This document shows, one piece after another, positions 18,382 through 29,268 of a stretch of 64,000 bases of DNA; the stretch's first letter is position 1, and the number at the start of each line of letters is the position of its first letter. Where the stretch lies: the NCBI GenBank assembly GCA_900018335.1, contig FIZK01000006.1:5576-69575 (forward strand). Reading direction: 5' to 3'. Below the pieces are notes generated by a model. It was not told the DNA's origin, made no database searches, and saw nothing but the letters and a program-made list of their open reading frames with translations. A program made the position numbers and the translations under genes. This DNA is from an uncultured Clostridia bacterium (GTDB taxonomy: Bacteria > Bacillota > Limnochordia > Darwinibacteriales > Darwinibacteriaceae).

Positions 18382-19260
18382 GTGAATCTGCAAGAGATGA
18401 TCTTAAAGCTGCAGGCCTATTGGGCTGAGCAAGGGTGCATCATTTATCAGCCCTATGATCTAGAAGTCGGTGCTGGGACCATGTCGCCAGCAACTTTTTT
18501 GAAAGCGTTGGGGCCCGAGCCTTGGAATGTGGCTTACGTTCAGCCCAGCAGGCGTCCCACTGACGGCCGCTACGGCGAGAACCCCAACAGGGTGCAGCAC
18601 TACTATCAGTTTCAAGTGATTCTCAAGCCGTCACCCGATGATGTGCAGGACATTTATCTAAGGAGCCTGGAAGCGCTGGGCATAGATTTGCTCAAGCATG
18701 ATGTGCGCTTTGTGGAAGATGACTGGGAATCTCCCACCTTAGGGGCTTGGGGCCTGGGCTGGGAAGTATGGCTGGATGGCATGGAAATTACGCAGTTCAC
18801 CTATTTCCAGCAGGTGGGCGGCATAGATGTGAAGCCCGTGTCTGCCGAGATCACCTATGGTGTGGAAAGACTGGCCATGTTTATCCAAGGAGTGGATTCC
18901 ATCTTCGACTTAGTGTGGGTTGACGGGGTCACCTACGGCGATGTCTTCCTCCAAAACGAAGTGGAGTATTCCAAACACAACTTCGAGGCGGCGGACACTG
19001 AGAAGCTGTTTACCCTCTTCGATTTATACGAGGATGAAGCTAAGAGGCTGATCCAGCTTGGGCTGGTGCTTCCGGGGTACGATTATGTCCTTAAGTGCTC
19101 CCACACCTTTAACCTCTTGGACGCCCGGGGCGCCCTCAGCGTGAGTGAACGGACTCGCTTCATCGGCCGCGTCAGGGCCTTAGCCCGGCTGGCAGCCCAG
19201 GGCTATCTGGCTGAGCGGGAGAGGTTGGGCTTTCCACTTCTGAAGGGAGGAGCTGTCTAG
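18382..19260 (+). CDS. glyQ: glycine--tRNA ligase alpha subunit
   Basis: [19 protein letters not shown]...; highly conserved GlyQ; 292 aa; GTG start. Confidence 0.95.
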   Translation: MNLQEMILKLQAYWAEQGCIIYQPYDLEVGAGTMSPATFLKALGPEPWNVAYVQPSRRPTDGRYGENPNRVQHYYQFQVILKPSPDDVQDIYLRSLEALGIDLLKHDVRFVEDDWESPTLGAWGLGWEVWLDGMEITQFTYFQQVGGIDVKPVSAEITYGVERLAMFIQGVDSIFDLVWVDGVTYGDVFLQNEVEYSKHNFEAADTEKLFTLFDLYEDEAKRLIQLGLVLPGYDYVLKCSHTFNLLDARGALSVSERTRFIGRVRALARLAAQGYLAERERLGFPLLKGGAV

Positions 19261-21324
19261 ATGCAGGATCTTTTGCTGGAACTAGGGTTTGAAGAACTGC
19301 CGGCTCGTTTTATTGAGCAGGCTCTCAAACAGCTCTCAGAAGCAATTACCGCTAAGCTGACCCAGGAGCGTTTAGCCTTTGGGCAGGTCAGCCAGTTCGG
19401 CACGCCCCGCCGTTTGGCTGTCCTGGTGGAACAGCTCCAGGAGCAGCAAGAAGATCTCGTGGAAGAGGTGAAGGGACCGCCCCTCAACCTGGCCCGGGAC
19501 GAACAGGGCAATTGGACCAAGGCGGGCTTGGGATTTTTGCGTTCGCAAGGAGCCGACGAGAAGGATGTGCTAATCAAATCGATCCAGGGCGCTGATTACA
19601 TGTTTATCAGGAAAGAAGTGCGGGGCCAAAAGACCTCCGCACTGCTCAAACCGCTGCTGGAAGAAGTCATCGCCAATCTGAGCTTTCCTAAGAACATGCG
19701 CTGGGGAGATTACGATCTGCGCTACGCTAGGCCGCTGAGGTGGATCGTGGCCCTGTTTGGCAGCGAGGTAATCCCCCTGGAGGTGGGACCGCTCACGGCC
19801 GGCCAGATCACCTTCGGGCACCGGCAGTTGAGTTCCGGCCCCGTGGTGATTGAGGCGCCCACGGCTTACGCCGCGTCTTTGGAGAAGCACTACGTTATTG
19901 TGGATGCCCAGGAGCGCCGCTCCGCGATCTGGCAGCAGATTCAGGATCTGGCACGCAGTCAAGGAGCTAATGTACAAGAAGATGAGCGTCTGCTCAAGGA
20001 AGTAACTAACCTTGTGGAATATCCCACCGCCTTCCAGGGCCATTTCTCGGAAGAGTATCTCGCCGTGCCCGCGGAGGTTTTGATTACTTCCATGAAAGAA
20101 CATCAGCGCTATTTCCCCCTCCACGATGCCGCTGGCAAGCTCAAGGCCAGTTTCATCGGGGTGCGCAATGGCGCCGATAATCATCTGGGTTTGGTGATTA
20201 AGGGCAATGAAAAGGTACTCGCGGCACGGCTGTCCGATGCCAAGTTCTTTTATGAAGAAGACTTGAAAACGAGGCTTGTGGATCACCTGCCCAAGCTGGA
20301 GCAGGTGGTGTTCCAAGAGCGCCTCGGGTCCATGGGCGACAAGGTGCGGCGTTTGGAAAGACTCACAGGTACGTTGGCGGAACTGTTGGGCCATGCAGAA
20401 CACAAACAGACTGCCCTGAGAACCGCCCGCTTGGCCAAATGCGACCTGGTAACTCAGATGGTTTATGAATTCCCAGAACTGCAGGGAATAATGGGCGAAA
20501 AGTATGCTTTGGCCCAGGGTGAAGAGCCGGCAGTGGCCGCAGGTATTAGGGAGCACTACCTGCCCCGTTTCGCGGGGGACGTACTGCCAGAAACAGTAGA
20601 AGGAACTCTGGTGAGCCTCGCGGACAAACTGGACAACTTAGTGGGTTATTTTGCTGTGGGTAAGATTCCCACTGGGTCTCAGGATCCCTTTGCCCTGCGC
20701 CGCCAGGCCCAAGGCGTCGTGCAGATTTTGCGCAGGGCAGGCTATGATCTAGCTCTGAGCGAGCTGATCAGCGCCGCCGCGGCGGGTTACTCCGAGCTGA
20801 GTTGGGAGGAAGCAACGGGCAGGGCACTGGTGGAGTTTCTCCTGGCCCGCTTGAGAGTGATTCTCCTGGAGCAGGATTACAGCTACGATACCATCGATGC
20901 GGTCCTGGCCGGGGATGACGAGCGCATCCCCAGCCTCGAAAGGAAGGTGCGGGCCCTTGCTGAGTTCCGCGAGGAAGAGATCTTTGCTGACTTGATCACC
21001 GGCTTTGAACGGGTGGCCAACCTGGCAGCCAAAGGGAGAGGAGCCCAGCTGGAACCCAGCGCGCTACAGCCTGCCGACGTACAGTTTCAGCAGGCCCTGC
21101 AGGAAGCAGAGCAGGACTGTCTGCCCTTGGCCTCTGAAGGCAACTATCGAGGGCTTTTGCACCGTCTCGCGGAGTTCCGCGCCCGGGTTGATCTCTTCTT
21201 TGAGCAGGTCATGATCATGGATGAGGATCCCACAGTGCGCGGCAATCGGCTGGCGCTGCTGAACCAAGCCCTGGACTTGTATGGATTGTGTGGTGATTTG
21301 CACCTAGTTGTTGTGAATAAGTAA
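19261..21324 (+). CDS. glyS: glycine--tRNA ligase beta subunit
   Basis: 687 aa starting immediately after the glyQ stop; GlyS conservation. Confidence 0.9.
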   Translation: MQDLLLELGFEELPARFIEQALKQLSEAITAKLTQERLAFGQVSQFGTPRRLAVLVEQLQEQQEDLVEEVKGPPLNLARDEQGNWTKAGLGFLRSQGADEKDVLIKSIQGADYMFIRKEVRGQKTSALLKPLLEEVIANLSFPKNMRWGDYDLRYARPLRWIVALFGSEVIPLEVGPLTAGQITFGHRQLSSGPVVIEAPTAYAASLEKHYVIVDAQERRSAIWQQIQDLARSQGANVQEDERLLKEVTNLVEYPTAFQGHFSEEYLAVPAEVLITSMKEHQRYFPLHDAAGKLKASFIGVRNGADNHLGLVIKGNEKVLAARLSDAKFFYEEDLKTRLVDHLPKLEQVVFQERLGSMGDKVRRLERLTGTLAELLGHAEHKQTALRTARLAKCDLVTQMVYEFPELQGIMGEKYALAQGEEPAVAAGIREHYLPRFAGDVLPETVEGTLVSLADKLDNLVGYFAVGKIPTGSQDPFALRRQAQGVVQILRRAGYDLALSELISAAAAGYSELSWEEATGRALVEFLLARLRVILLEQDYSYDTIDAVLAGDDERIPSLERKVRALAEFREEEIFADLITGFERVANLAAKGRGAQLEPSALQPADVQFQQALQEAEQDCLPLASEGNYRGLLHRLAEFRARVDLFFEQVMIMDEDPTVRGNRLALLNQALDLYGLCGDLHLVVVNK

Positions 21325-21461
21325 AGAAGCGGGGCATGGGAAGGAGAACACGACGGAATAAAGAATAAGTTCTGTTGGTTATTCAGCCAATTATTTCCGC
21401 ACTTTAAGACATGTTCCCCCCTGGGGAATCATAGAGTAAGAAACGTAGAAGGAGGATGCGA

Positions 21462-24092
21462 ATGAGCACCAAGTGGGTTTACTTCTTTGGCGATGGACAA
21501 ACAGAGGGCCAGCAGGGCAACAGGAACCTCGTTGGTGGTAAAGGCGCCAACTTGGCAGAAATGGTGTCCCTGGGAATTCCTGTACCCCCGGGATTTACCA
21601 TTACCACGGAAGCCTGCACCGCTTTTTATGCCAACAATGAACAGTGGGTAGAAGGCCTGGAAGAACAGGTAATGGAGAACCTCGCAAAACTAGAAAAGTC
21701 AATGGGGGCTAAGCTCGGCGACGCGGAGAATCCGCTGCTTGTTTCCGTACGTTCCGGGGCCCGGGTATCCATGCCTGGCATGATGGACACGGTTTTGAAC
21801 CTTGGCTTAAATGATGTCACCGTGGAAGCGCTGGCCAAGAAATCGGGGAACCCCCGTTTTGCTTGGGACTCGTACCGTCGTTTTATCCACATGTACGGTG
21901 ATGTGGTCATGGGTGTTGACCACGAGCTGTTTGAAGCAGCCATTGCCAAAAAACGCGCAGATGAGGGCGTAGAGCTGGACAATGAGTTGAGCGTGGAAGC
22001 CCTCAAGGATTTGGTTAAGGAGTATAAGGCAATTGTCCAAAAGTCCGTAGGGACTCTGTTCCCCGATGACCCCTATGAGCAGCTGCGGGGAGCCATTGAT
22101 GCGGTCTTCCGTTCCTGGAACGGTGCGCGGGCCATCCGCTACCGCCAGATCAACCACATCCCGCACGATTGGGGTACAGCTGTAAACGTCCAGGTTATGG
22201 TGTTCGGCAACATGGGCGACAATTCCGGTACAGGCGTAGCCTTCACCCGGGATCCTTCCACGGGAGAGAACGTATTCTACGGCGAGTACCTGATGAACGC
22301 CCAGGGCGAAGACGTTGTGGCGGGAATCCGTACGCCCAACCCCATCTCCGAGCTCAAGAAGGGTATGCCTGAGATCTACGCAGAGCTGGAGAGGATTTAC
22401 AAGCTCTTAGAAAACCACTATAAGGATATGCAGGATATCGAGTTCACCATCCAGGAGGGCAAACTGTACCTTCTGCAAACCCGCACAGGTAAGCGGACTG
22501 CCACGGCAGCCGTACGCATTGCCGTGGAAATGGTGGAAGAGGGACTTATTGACAAGCAGACCGCTGTACTGCGGGTCGAGCCCGAACAGCTGGATCAGCT
22601 TCTGCACCCCATGATCGATCCCAAGGCGAAGTACGATGTGATCGCCACTGGCTTGCCCGCTTCCCCGGGTGCAGCAGCAGGCCGCATTGTGTTCACTGCG
22701 GACGAGGCTGAGCGCTGGTATGAGCGGGGCGAGAAGGTGATCTTGGTCCGCAACGAGACCTCGCCAGAGGATATTGGCGGCATGGACGTGGCGGAAGGCA
22801 TTCTCACCGCCCGCGGCGGTATGACGTCCCACGCTGCAGTAGTTGCCCGCGGCATGGGTAAGTGCTGCGTAGCCGGATGCTCCGCTGCCCAAATCGATGA
22901 AGCGAAAAAGACCCTCACCTTTGGTGATACCGTGCTTAACGAAGGTGACTGGATCACCCTGAACGGTACGGCTGGAGAAGTGATTGTGGGTCAAGTGCCC
23001 ATGGTCGAGGCGCAGGTCAGCGGCAATTTGGACACGCTCCTCCACTGGGCTGATGAGTTCCGGGCGTTGGGGATCCGCACCAATGCAGATACTCCCCACG
23101 ACAGCCAGACCGCCCTGGACTTCGGTGCTGAAGGCATCGGACTGTGCAGAACTGAGCACATGTTCTTTGAAGGTGATCGCATCAGTGCCGTTCGCCAGAT
23201 GATTTTTGCGAAAGACCAAGCTGGCCGGGAAGCTGCCTTGACTAAGCTGCTGCCTTACCAGAAGGGCGACTTCAAGGAGATTTTCCGCACCATGCAGGGC
23301 AAACCTGTCACTGTCAGGTTGCTGGATCCGCCGCTGCATGAGTTTGTGCCCCAAGACGAGGCTACCATCACCAAGCTGGCCGGCGAGATGGGGATGACTG
23401 TGGAAGCCCTCAAGGCTCGCATTGAATCCCTGGAGGAGATCAACCCCATGCTGGGCCACCGCGGTGTGCGCCTTGGCGTGACCTATCCCGAGATCTACGC
23501 CATGCAGGCCCGGGCCATTTTTGAGGCCGCCGCCGAGCTCACCAAAGACGGCGTACAGGTCTTCCCAGAGGTTATGATTCCCCTGATCGGCACTCCTCAA
23601 GAGCTCAAGCTGATGAAGGATGTATGTGTAGAAGTGGCCGACGCGGTCCAGAAGGAGTTCGGCGTGGAGTTCCAGTACCTGGTGGGAACCATGATCGAGA
23701 TCCCCAGGGCCTGTGTTGTGGCTGATGAGATCGCTGCTGAGGCAGAGTTCTTCTCCTTCGGTACCAACGACCTCACGCAAATGTCCTTTGGTTACAGCCG
23801 AGACGATGCCGGCACCTTCCTGCCCCAGTACGTAGAGAAGGAAATCCTGGAGAGGGATCCCTTCCAGACCCTGGACCAGGTGGGTGTAGGGTACTTGGTA
23901 AAACTCGGCGTGGATAAGGGCCGTTCAGTAAAGCCGAACCTGAAGGTCGGTGTCTGCGGCGAACATGGTGGCGACCCGGCTTCCATCGACTTCTTCCACC
24001 GTGTTGGCCTTGATTACGTGAGCTGCTCGCCGTTCCGCGTGCCCATTGCCCGCTTGGCTGCAGCCCAGGCCAACATCCGCAATCCACGCTAA
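21462..24092 (+). CDS. ppdK: pyruvate, phosphate dikinase
   Basis: 878 aa with the PEP-utilizing catalytic His region GGMTSHAAVVARGMGKCCVAGC and PPDK-wide conservation. ATG 21462 sits 6 nt after GAAGGAGGA. Confidence 0.9.
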   Translation: MSTKWVYFFGDGQTEGQQGNRNLVGGKGANLAEMVSLGIPVPPGFTITTEACTAFYANNEQWVEGLEEQVMENLAKLEKSMGAKLGDAENPLLVSVRSGARVSMPGMMDTVLNLGLNDVTVEALAKKSGNPRFAWDSYRRFIHMYGDVVMGVDHELFEAAIAKKRADEGVELDNELSVEALKDLVKEYKAIVQKSVGTLFPDDPYEQLRGAIDAVFRSWNGARAIRYRQINHIPHDWGTAVNVQVMVFGNMGDNSGTGVAFTRDPSTGENVFYGEYLMNAQGEDVVAGIRTPNPISELKKGMPEIYAELERIYKLLENHYKDMQDIEFTIQEGKLYLLQTRTGKRTATAAVRIAVEMVEEGLIDKQTAVLRVEPEQLDQLLHPMIDPKAKYDVIATGLPASPGAAAGRIVFTADEAERWYERGEKVILVRNETSPEDIGGMDVAEGILTARGGMTSHAAVVARGMGKCCVAGCSAAQIDEAKKTLTFGDTVLNEGDWITLNGTAGEVIVGQVPMVEAQVSGNLDTLLHWADEFRALGIRTNADTPHDSQTALDFGAEGIGLCRTEHMFFEGDRISAVRQMIFAKDQAGREAALTKLLPYQKGDFKEIFRTMQGKPVTVRLLDPPLHEFVPQDEATITKLAGEMGMTVEALKARIESLEEINPMLGHRGVRLGVTYPEIYAMQARAIFEAAAELTKDGVQVFPEVMIPLIGTPQELKLMKDVCVEVADAVQKEFGVEFQYLVGTMIEIPRACVVADEIAAEAEFFSFGTNDLTQMSFGYSRDDAGTFLPQYVEKEILERDPFQTLDQVGVGYLVKLGVDKGRSVKPNLKVGVCGEHGGDPASIDFFHRVGLDYVSCSPFRVPIARLAAAQANIRNPR

Positions 24093-24197
24093 TCGTCCGA
24101 GCGAAACAGGGAAGGAAAACCTTATTGCGCGGGGAACCCATACTATATAGTGTGGGTTCCTGCGCGTTAACGAGGCAGGCAGCGGGAGGGGATAACG

Positions 24198-25205
24198 GTG
24201 AACTTCGTGGAGTCGATCCTAGAATGTGAGGAGCAGTATCTGGCTCCCTATGCGGCTAAAGCCAGACAGAGCAGAGGCAGAGCCTATCCCGAGGAGCCCT
24301 GTTCTTTTTCCACCTGCTTTCAGCAGGACCGGGAACGCATTGTGCACTCCAAGGCGTTTCGCCGTTTGAAGTCTAAGACCCAGGTGTTCATTGCCCCCAA
24401 GGGTGATCACTACCGCACCAGGCTGACCCATGTCCTGGAAGTCACGCAGATCGCCAGGAGTGTTTCCCGGGCTCTGCGCTTGAACGAAGATCTCACCGAG
24501 GCAATTGCCTTAGGCCATGATTTGGGCCATCCACCCTTTGGCCATGCCGGGGAGGCGGCACTGAACCGCTTGGTTGGCCATTTTAAGCACAACGAACACA
24601 GCCTGCGCGTGGTGGACGTCCTTGAGGAGTATGCTCAGGACTACCCTGGGCTGAACCTCACTTGGGAGGTGCGGGATGGCATACTCCATCACACCGGAGA
24701 TACACCTCCCCAGACCCTGGAGGGCCAGGTCGTGCGCATCTGCGATCGCATTGCCTATCTCAACCACGATGTGGAGGATGCGGTGCGAGCCGGCATCCTC
24801 AGCGAGGAAGACCTTCCTAAACAGGTCCTGGAGGTGCTGGGGCCCACCAGTCGAAAAAGGATCCGAACCATGATCACGGATATTCTGCACACCAGCTATG
24901 GCAAGAAAATGGTGGCCATGAGTCCGCCCATTGAGGAGGCTACCCATCTGCTGCGGAACTATCTGTTTGAGAACTTCTATGTCAATTCCGCTGCGAAGCA
25001 GGAGGAATCCAAGGTGTTTGGCATGATCAGCATGCTCTACAATTACTATTTGGAACATGGAGAGAGATTCCGCACAGCGCCTGATCCCAGGGGTGAAGTG
25101 GTTGACTACATTGCGGGGATGACTGACAGTTTCGCCGCTCAGGAGTTCCAACGGCTGTTCCTGCCACGGGGCTGGGGGGGTGATGGGGATCGCTCGCTTC
25201 TCTGA
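24198..25205 (+). CDS. dgt: dGTP triphosphohydrolase-like HD-domain phosphohydrolase
   Basis: HD motif (LTHVLEV...GHDLGHPPFGH); first gene of the conserved dgt-dnaG-sigA operon. Confidence 0.8.
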   Translation: MNFVESILECEEQYLAPYAAKARQSRGRAYPEEPCSFSTCFQQDRERIVHSKAFRRLKSKTQVFIAPKGDHYRTRLTHVLEVTQIARSVSRALRLNEDLTEAIALGHDLGHPPFGHAGEAALNRLVGHFKHNEHSLRVVDVLEEYAQDYPGLNLTWEVRDGILHHTGDTPPQTLEGQVVRICDRIAYLNHDVEDAVRAGILSEEDLPKQVLEVLGPTSRKRIRTMITDILHTSYGKKMVAMSPPIEEATHLLRNYLFENFYVNSAAKQEESKVFGMISMLYNYYLEHGERFRTAPDPRGEVVDYIAGMTDSFAAQEFQRLFLPRGWGGDGDRSLL

Positions 25206-26940
25206 GCAGTGGATTGAGCGGGTTAAGTCGTCGGCAGATATAGTTGAGGTAATCGGGCGCCGCGTGGAGTTGAGGCAGAGCGGGAAGAACTACGTGGGCC
25301 TGTGCCCGTTTCACAGCGAGAAGACTCCCTCGTTTACCGTGAACCCTGAAAAGCAGTTTTATCACTGCTTTGGCTGCGGCAAAGGGGGCAATGTGATCAA
25401 TTTTGTTATGGACACAGAAAACCTTGCCTTTCCGGAGGCCGTGGTCAAGCTGGCCCAGGAGAAAGGTATCCCTGTGCCCGCGGCCTCGCCTGGGGAGCAG
25501 AGAAGGGAGAAAGAACGAGAGCAGCTGCGCCAGGTGAATCAGTTGGCTGCCCGGTATTATTACCGCAACCTGCGCCTTCCCGCAGGCGCCCAGGCCCGGG
25601 CGTACCTCCAAGGAAGGGGTATAGGTCAGGAGCTGGCCAGGAGCTTTTTTCTGGGATTTGCTCTGGACGAGTGGGATGGGCTGCTGGCCTTCTTAACCGC
25701 CCAGGGTGTAGATCCGGCCATTGCCCAAGCAGCCGGTCTGGTTACCTCGAGCAAACGGGGGTTCATTGACCGCTTTCGCGGGCGGTTGATGTTTCCCATC
25801 TGCGATCATCTGGGGCGCTTTGTGGGATTTGGCGGACGGAGCATCGGCGATGCCCAGCCCAAGTATCTCAATACTGGGCAGACCCTCGTGTTCAACAAGG
25901 GCCAGATTCTGTATGGTCTGAACTGGTCAAAAGAGGATATCAAGGCGCAGGATCAAGTAGTCATTGTGGAAGGGTACACGGACTTGATCTCCCTGTTCGC
26001 GGTGGGGCAGCGCAATGTCGTGGCCTCGCTGGGAACTGCGTTTACATCGGCCCATGCCAGGCTTCTCAGACGGTTTTGCTCCCAGGCAGTAATCGCCTTT
26101 GATGGCGATACTGCGGGACAGAGGGCTGCGTGGCGGGGGATGGAGGTTCTACACGCATCAGGACTGCAGGTTCGGGTGGCAAGCCTCACGGGCGGTGAGG
26201 ACCCGGATACCTTCGCCCGCACACAGGGAGTGGAAGCGGTGCGGGTATGGCTGAATACTGCCCGGCCATTTCGGGAATACCAAATTGATAGAATTATTTC
26301 CCAACACGATGTAGAAACTAGAGAAGGAAAACTGGCCGCATCCACAGAACTTGTTACATTGCTAGCTCAGCTTACCAGCGCCGTTGAGCGGGATGAGTAC
26401 ATCCATTACGCGGCTGAACGCCTGGGCGTGCGGGAAGACTCCTTGGCCGCGGAAGTAGGGCGAAGGTTGGGCATAGCTGGAGTATCCCGGGTGCAGAATA
26501 GGCGTAACCACAGGCGTGGTACGAAGCGGCGGCGTGCCCTGGAACAGCCCATGGAGGCAGGAGAAGATCTGCGGGAACGGGAAGTCCTTCGTTATCTCCT
26601 CCAGGAGCCGGATCTGCTGAGAGAAGTGCAGGCAAGGGGCGTTACTGCCCAGGACTTCCAGGATCCCGATTACCGCCACGTGTTCATCTCCCTCAGCGAA
26701 AGTATCTCCGACGAGAGGGGAACGGCCATCGCCAGCAAGCTGCTGTCACTGCCGCCGCCAGGGGCGAGCTGGGAGGAGTGCTTGGAATCATTTCTTGCGG
26801 TTTTGAAGAGACGAAGATTGCGGAAGATAGAGGAAAAGCTTTCCCTCTTGGAGAATGATAGAGAAGGTTTTGATGTCCGTATGGAGTTATATCAATTACT
26901 CAAGGAATATTATGGCATTTGCAGAGATGATTCATACTAG
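25180..26940 (+). CDS. dnaG: DNA primase
   Basis: Zinc-binding [11 protein letters not shown]...CFGCGKGG motif, TOPRIM domain ([15 protein letters not shown]); 586 aa. Confidence 0.95.
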   Translation: MMGIARFSEQWIERVKSSADIVEVIGRRVELRQSGKNYVGLCPFHSEKTPSFTVNPEKQFYHCFGCGKGGNVINFVMDTENLAFPEAVVKLAQEKGIPVPAASPGEQRREKEREQLRQVNQLAARYYYRNLRLPAGAQARAYLQGRGIGQELARSFFLGFALDEWDGLLAFLTAQGVDPAIAQAAGLVTSSKRGFIDRFRGRLMFPICDHLGRFVGFGGRSIGDAQPKYLNTGQTLVFNKGQILYGLNWSKEDIKAQDQVVIVEGYTDLISLFAVGQRNVVASLGTAFTSAHARLLRRFCSQAVIAFDGDTAGQRAAWRGMEVLHASGLQVRVASLTGGEDPDTFARTQGVEAVRVWLNTARPFREYQIDRIISQHDVETREGKLAASTELVTLLAQLTSAVERDEYIHYAAERLGVREDSLAAEVGRRLGIAGVSRVQNRRNHRRGTKRRRALEQPMEAGEDLREREVLRYLLQEPDLLREVQARGVTAQDFQDPDYRHVFISLSESISDERGTAIASKLLSLPPPGASWEECLESFLAVLKRRRLRKIEEKLSLLENDREGFDVRMELYQLLKEYYGICRDDSY

Positions 26941-26966
26941 CAGAGCCGGACAGAAGGGGGGTATTC

Positions 26967-28100
26967 ATGTTGAACAAGAAGGAAGCAAGTACCGTTGCAG
27001 ACAACATCCAAGCTGTGAATGAGTTGATGGCGAGGGCGAAAAAGCGCGGCATGGTTACTTATCGCGAAATCATGGATAGTCTTCAGGATGTGGATCTCCA
27101 GCCTGAACAGATAGATGAGATTTATGAGAGCTTCTCTGCCATGGGTGTTGACGTGATTCCCCATTCCAGCGCCGAGCACGATGATGCGCCTGGCGATGCA
27201 GTCGTAGAGGATGATGAGGCTGACGACGTAGACCAGGATGAATATGATCTGTCCGTGCCCGAGGGCATCGGCCTTGATGATCCTGTCCGCATGTATCTAA
27301 AGGAGATCGGCAGGGTTCCTCTGCTCACGGCTGAGGAAGAAGTGGAGTTGGCGAAGCGCATTGAACAGGGCGATCAGGAAGCTGTTCGCAAGCTTGCCGA
27401 GGCAAATCTGCGCCTGGTTGTCAGCATAGCCAAACGTTATGTGGGTAGGGGAATGCAGCTGCTGGACCTGATCCAGGAGGGAAACCTGGGGCTGATCAAG
27501 GCTGTGGAGAAGTTTGATTACCGAAAAGGGTTTAAATTCAGCACTTATGCCACGTGGTGGATAAGGCAGGCCATTACTAGATCCATCGCTGATCAAGCGC
27601 GTACCATCCGCATCCCCGTGCATATGGTGGAGACCATTAACAAACTGACCAGGGTTTCCAGGCAGCTCCTCCAGGAGTTGGGCAGAGCTCCCACACCGGA
27701 AGAGATAGCGGAAGAGATGGACATGCCCCCTGAAAGGGTTCGGGAAATAATGAAGATAGCCCAAGAGCCGGTTTCTCTGGAGACACCCATTGGTGAAGAG
27801 GAAGACAGTCATCTTGGTGACTTTATTGAAGATCAGGAAGCCACCGCTCCCGCTGAAGCGGCAGCCTTTACCATGCTCCAGGAGCAGCTCGAAGAGGTGC
27901 TGGAGTCCCTGACCCCCAGGGAACAGCAGGTTCTCAAGCTGCGCTTTGGCTTGGAGGATGGACGGGGCCGGACTTTGGAAGAGGTTGGGCAGGTGTTCGG
28001 GGTGACCCGTGAACGCATCCGCCAGATCGAGGCCAAGGCCCTGCGCAAGCTGCGCCATCCAAGCCGCAGCAAGAAGCTGAAGGATTTCTTAGAGCAGTGA
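26967..28100 (+). CDS. sigA: RNA polymerase primary sigma factor SigA/RpoD
   Basis: Regions 1.2-4.2, including the RpoD box [39 protein letters not shown]; 377 aa. Confidence 0.95.
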   Translation: MLNKKEASTVADNIQAVNELMARAKKRGMVTYREIMDSLQDVDLQPEQIDEIYESFSAMGVDVIPHSSAEHDDAPGDAVVEDDEADDVDQDEYDLSVPEGIGLDDPVRMYLKEIGRVPLLTAEEEVELAKRIEQGDQEAVRKLAEANLRLVVSIAKRYVGRGMQLLDLIQEGNLGLIKAVEKFDYRKGFKFSTYATWWIRQAITRSIADQARTIRIPVHMVETINKLTRVSRQLLQELGRAPTPEEIAEEMDMPPERVREIMKIAQEPVSLETPIGEEEDSHLGDFIEDQEATAPAEAAAFTMLQEQLEEVLESLTPREQQVLKLRFGLEDGRGRTLEEVGQVFGVTRERIRQIEAKALRKLRHPSRSKKLKDFLEQ

Positions 28101-28148
28101 CCAGGTTCTTGACATGAACCGGACGTTCCCATATAATTGATCTGTACT

Positions 28149-28224
<76 letters not shown>

Positions 28225-28233
28225 AGTTCCCCA

Positions 28234-28268
28234 GCCGTCTCATGACCTTTGAGACGGTGTATTTGTTT
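28234..28268 (+). terminator. rho-independent terminator after the tRNA
   Basis: GCCGTCTC-atgaccttt-GAGACGGT hairpin followed by a T-rich tract. Confidence 0.55.
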
Positions 28269-28276
28269 CCAGTGGT

Positions 28277-28304
28277 TTGAACTTGGAGCTGAACATGCTA
28301 TACT
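28277..28304 (+). promoter_or_regulatory. sigma-A-type promoter for rnpB (TTGAAC-16-TATACT)
   Basis: -35 TTGAAC at 28277..28282 and -10 TATACT at 28299..28304, about 7 nt before the RNase P RNA 5' end. Confidence 0.5.
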
Positions 28305-28310
28305 ATAGAT

Positions 28311-28669
28311 GACATGCTGAGTGAACCGGGTGATCGCGAAGGGTTGCCCTTTGAGGAAAGTCCGAGCTCCGCAGGGCAGGATGCTGGGTAACACCCAGTG
28401 GAGGCGACTCTAAGGCTAGTGCCACAGAAACATACCGCCCTGGTTGAGTTCTCTCTGCCAGGGTAAGGGTGAAACGGTGAGGTAAGAGCTCACCAGCGGT
28501 TAGGTGACTAATCGGCTAGGTAAACCCCATCCGGAGCAAGGTCAAATAGGAAAGGAGAGGCTGCCCGTCTCGTTTGACTTTCGGGTTGACCGCAGGAGGC
28601 TTTAGGCAACTAAAGTCCCAGATAGATGATCATCCACGACAGAACTCGGCTTATAGGTTCACTCAGACC
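28311..28669 (+). ncRNA. rnpB: RNase P RNA (type A bacterial)
   Basis: Universally conserved P4 strand GAGGAAAGTCCGAGCTCC, followed by GGGTAACACCCAGTGG, GGTGAAACGGTGAGGTAAGAGCTCACCAG, CCGGAGCAAGGTCAAATAGG and ACGACAGAACTCGGCTTATAGG. P1 pairs GCTGAGTGAACC with GGTTCACTCAG. Confidence 0.85.
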
Positions 28670-28676
28670 GCCTAAC

Positions 28677-28713
28677 AACCTGGATACCGTTGGTATCCAG
28701 GTTTTGCTTTTCG
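28677..28713 (+). terminator. rho-independent terminator after rnpB
   Basis: AACCTGGATACC-gttg-GGTATCCAGGTT perfect 12-bp stem followed by TTTGCTTTTC. Confidence 0.7.
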
Positions 28714-28772
28714 GGAAAAATTTCATTTCGGGGCAGGATTTTGCGAAAAACCACCGAATATGGTCAACAAAG

Positions 28773-28796
28773 TGGTGCGTCGTGGGGAAAAGTGGG
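28773..28796 (+). promoter_or_regulatory. MraZ operator-like triple direct repeat (GTGGT-n5-GTGGG-n5-GTGGG)
   Basis: Three GTGG(G/T) repeats with 5-nt spacers (10-bp periodicity) lie 26 nt upstream of the mraZ start, matching the known MraZ binding-site architecture. Confidence 0.5.
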
Positions 28797-28821
28797 GGAC
28801 GTCTTGGAGGGAGTGGTGAGC

Positions 28822-29253
28822 GTGTTCTTAGGCGAGTACCAGCACAGCCTTGACGCCAAGGGACGGCTTACTATTCCCGCGAAGTTCCGGGAAGATTTGG
28901 GAGAAGGGGCCATTGTCACCAGGGGATTGGATCACTGTCTGTTCCTGTTTCCCAACAGCGAATGGACGGAGTTGGAGGCCAAACTGAAAACCCTGCCCCT
29001 GACCAAACACGATGCCCGCCAGTTTGTACGCTTTCTCTTTTCCGGCGCCACCGAATGTGAGCTGGATAAGCAAGGGCGGATTATGCTGCCGCTGAACTTA
29101 AGGGAGTTCGCCGGCATCGACAAAGACGCGGTGGTAATCGGTGTTTCCAGCCGTATTGAGATCTGGAGTAAAGAAAAGTGGGAAACCTATGTGGAGGCGG
29201 CTGAGCAGTCCTTCGACCAAATTGCTGAGAACATAGTGGACCTTGGGATTTGA
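28822..29253 (+). CDS. mraZ: transcriptional regulator MraZ
   Basis: [19 protein letters not shown]... canonical MraZ start at GTG 28822 with a GGAGGGAG Shine-Dalgarno; 143 aa; two SpoVT/AbrB-like repeats. The caller's longer ORF (from 28690) runs into the rnpB terminator. Confidence 0.9.
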   Translation: MFLGEYQHSLDAKGRLTIPAKFREDLGEGAIVTRGLDHCLFLFPNSEWTELEAKLKTLPLTKHDARQFVRFLFSGATECELDKQGRIMLPLNLREFAGIDKDAVVIGVSSRIEIWSKEKWETYVEAAEQSFDQIAENIVDLGI

Positions 29254-29268
29254 GCGAGGGGTGACAAG

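Noticed and set aside
28690-28821. N-terminal extension of mraZ to 187 aa.
   Set aside because: The extension runs through the rnpB terminator hairpin and the MraZ operator; the canonical MFLGEYQH start at GTG 28822 has a proper Shine-Dalgarno.
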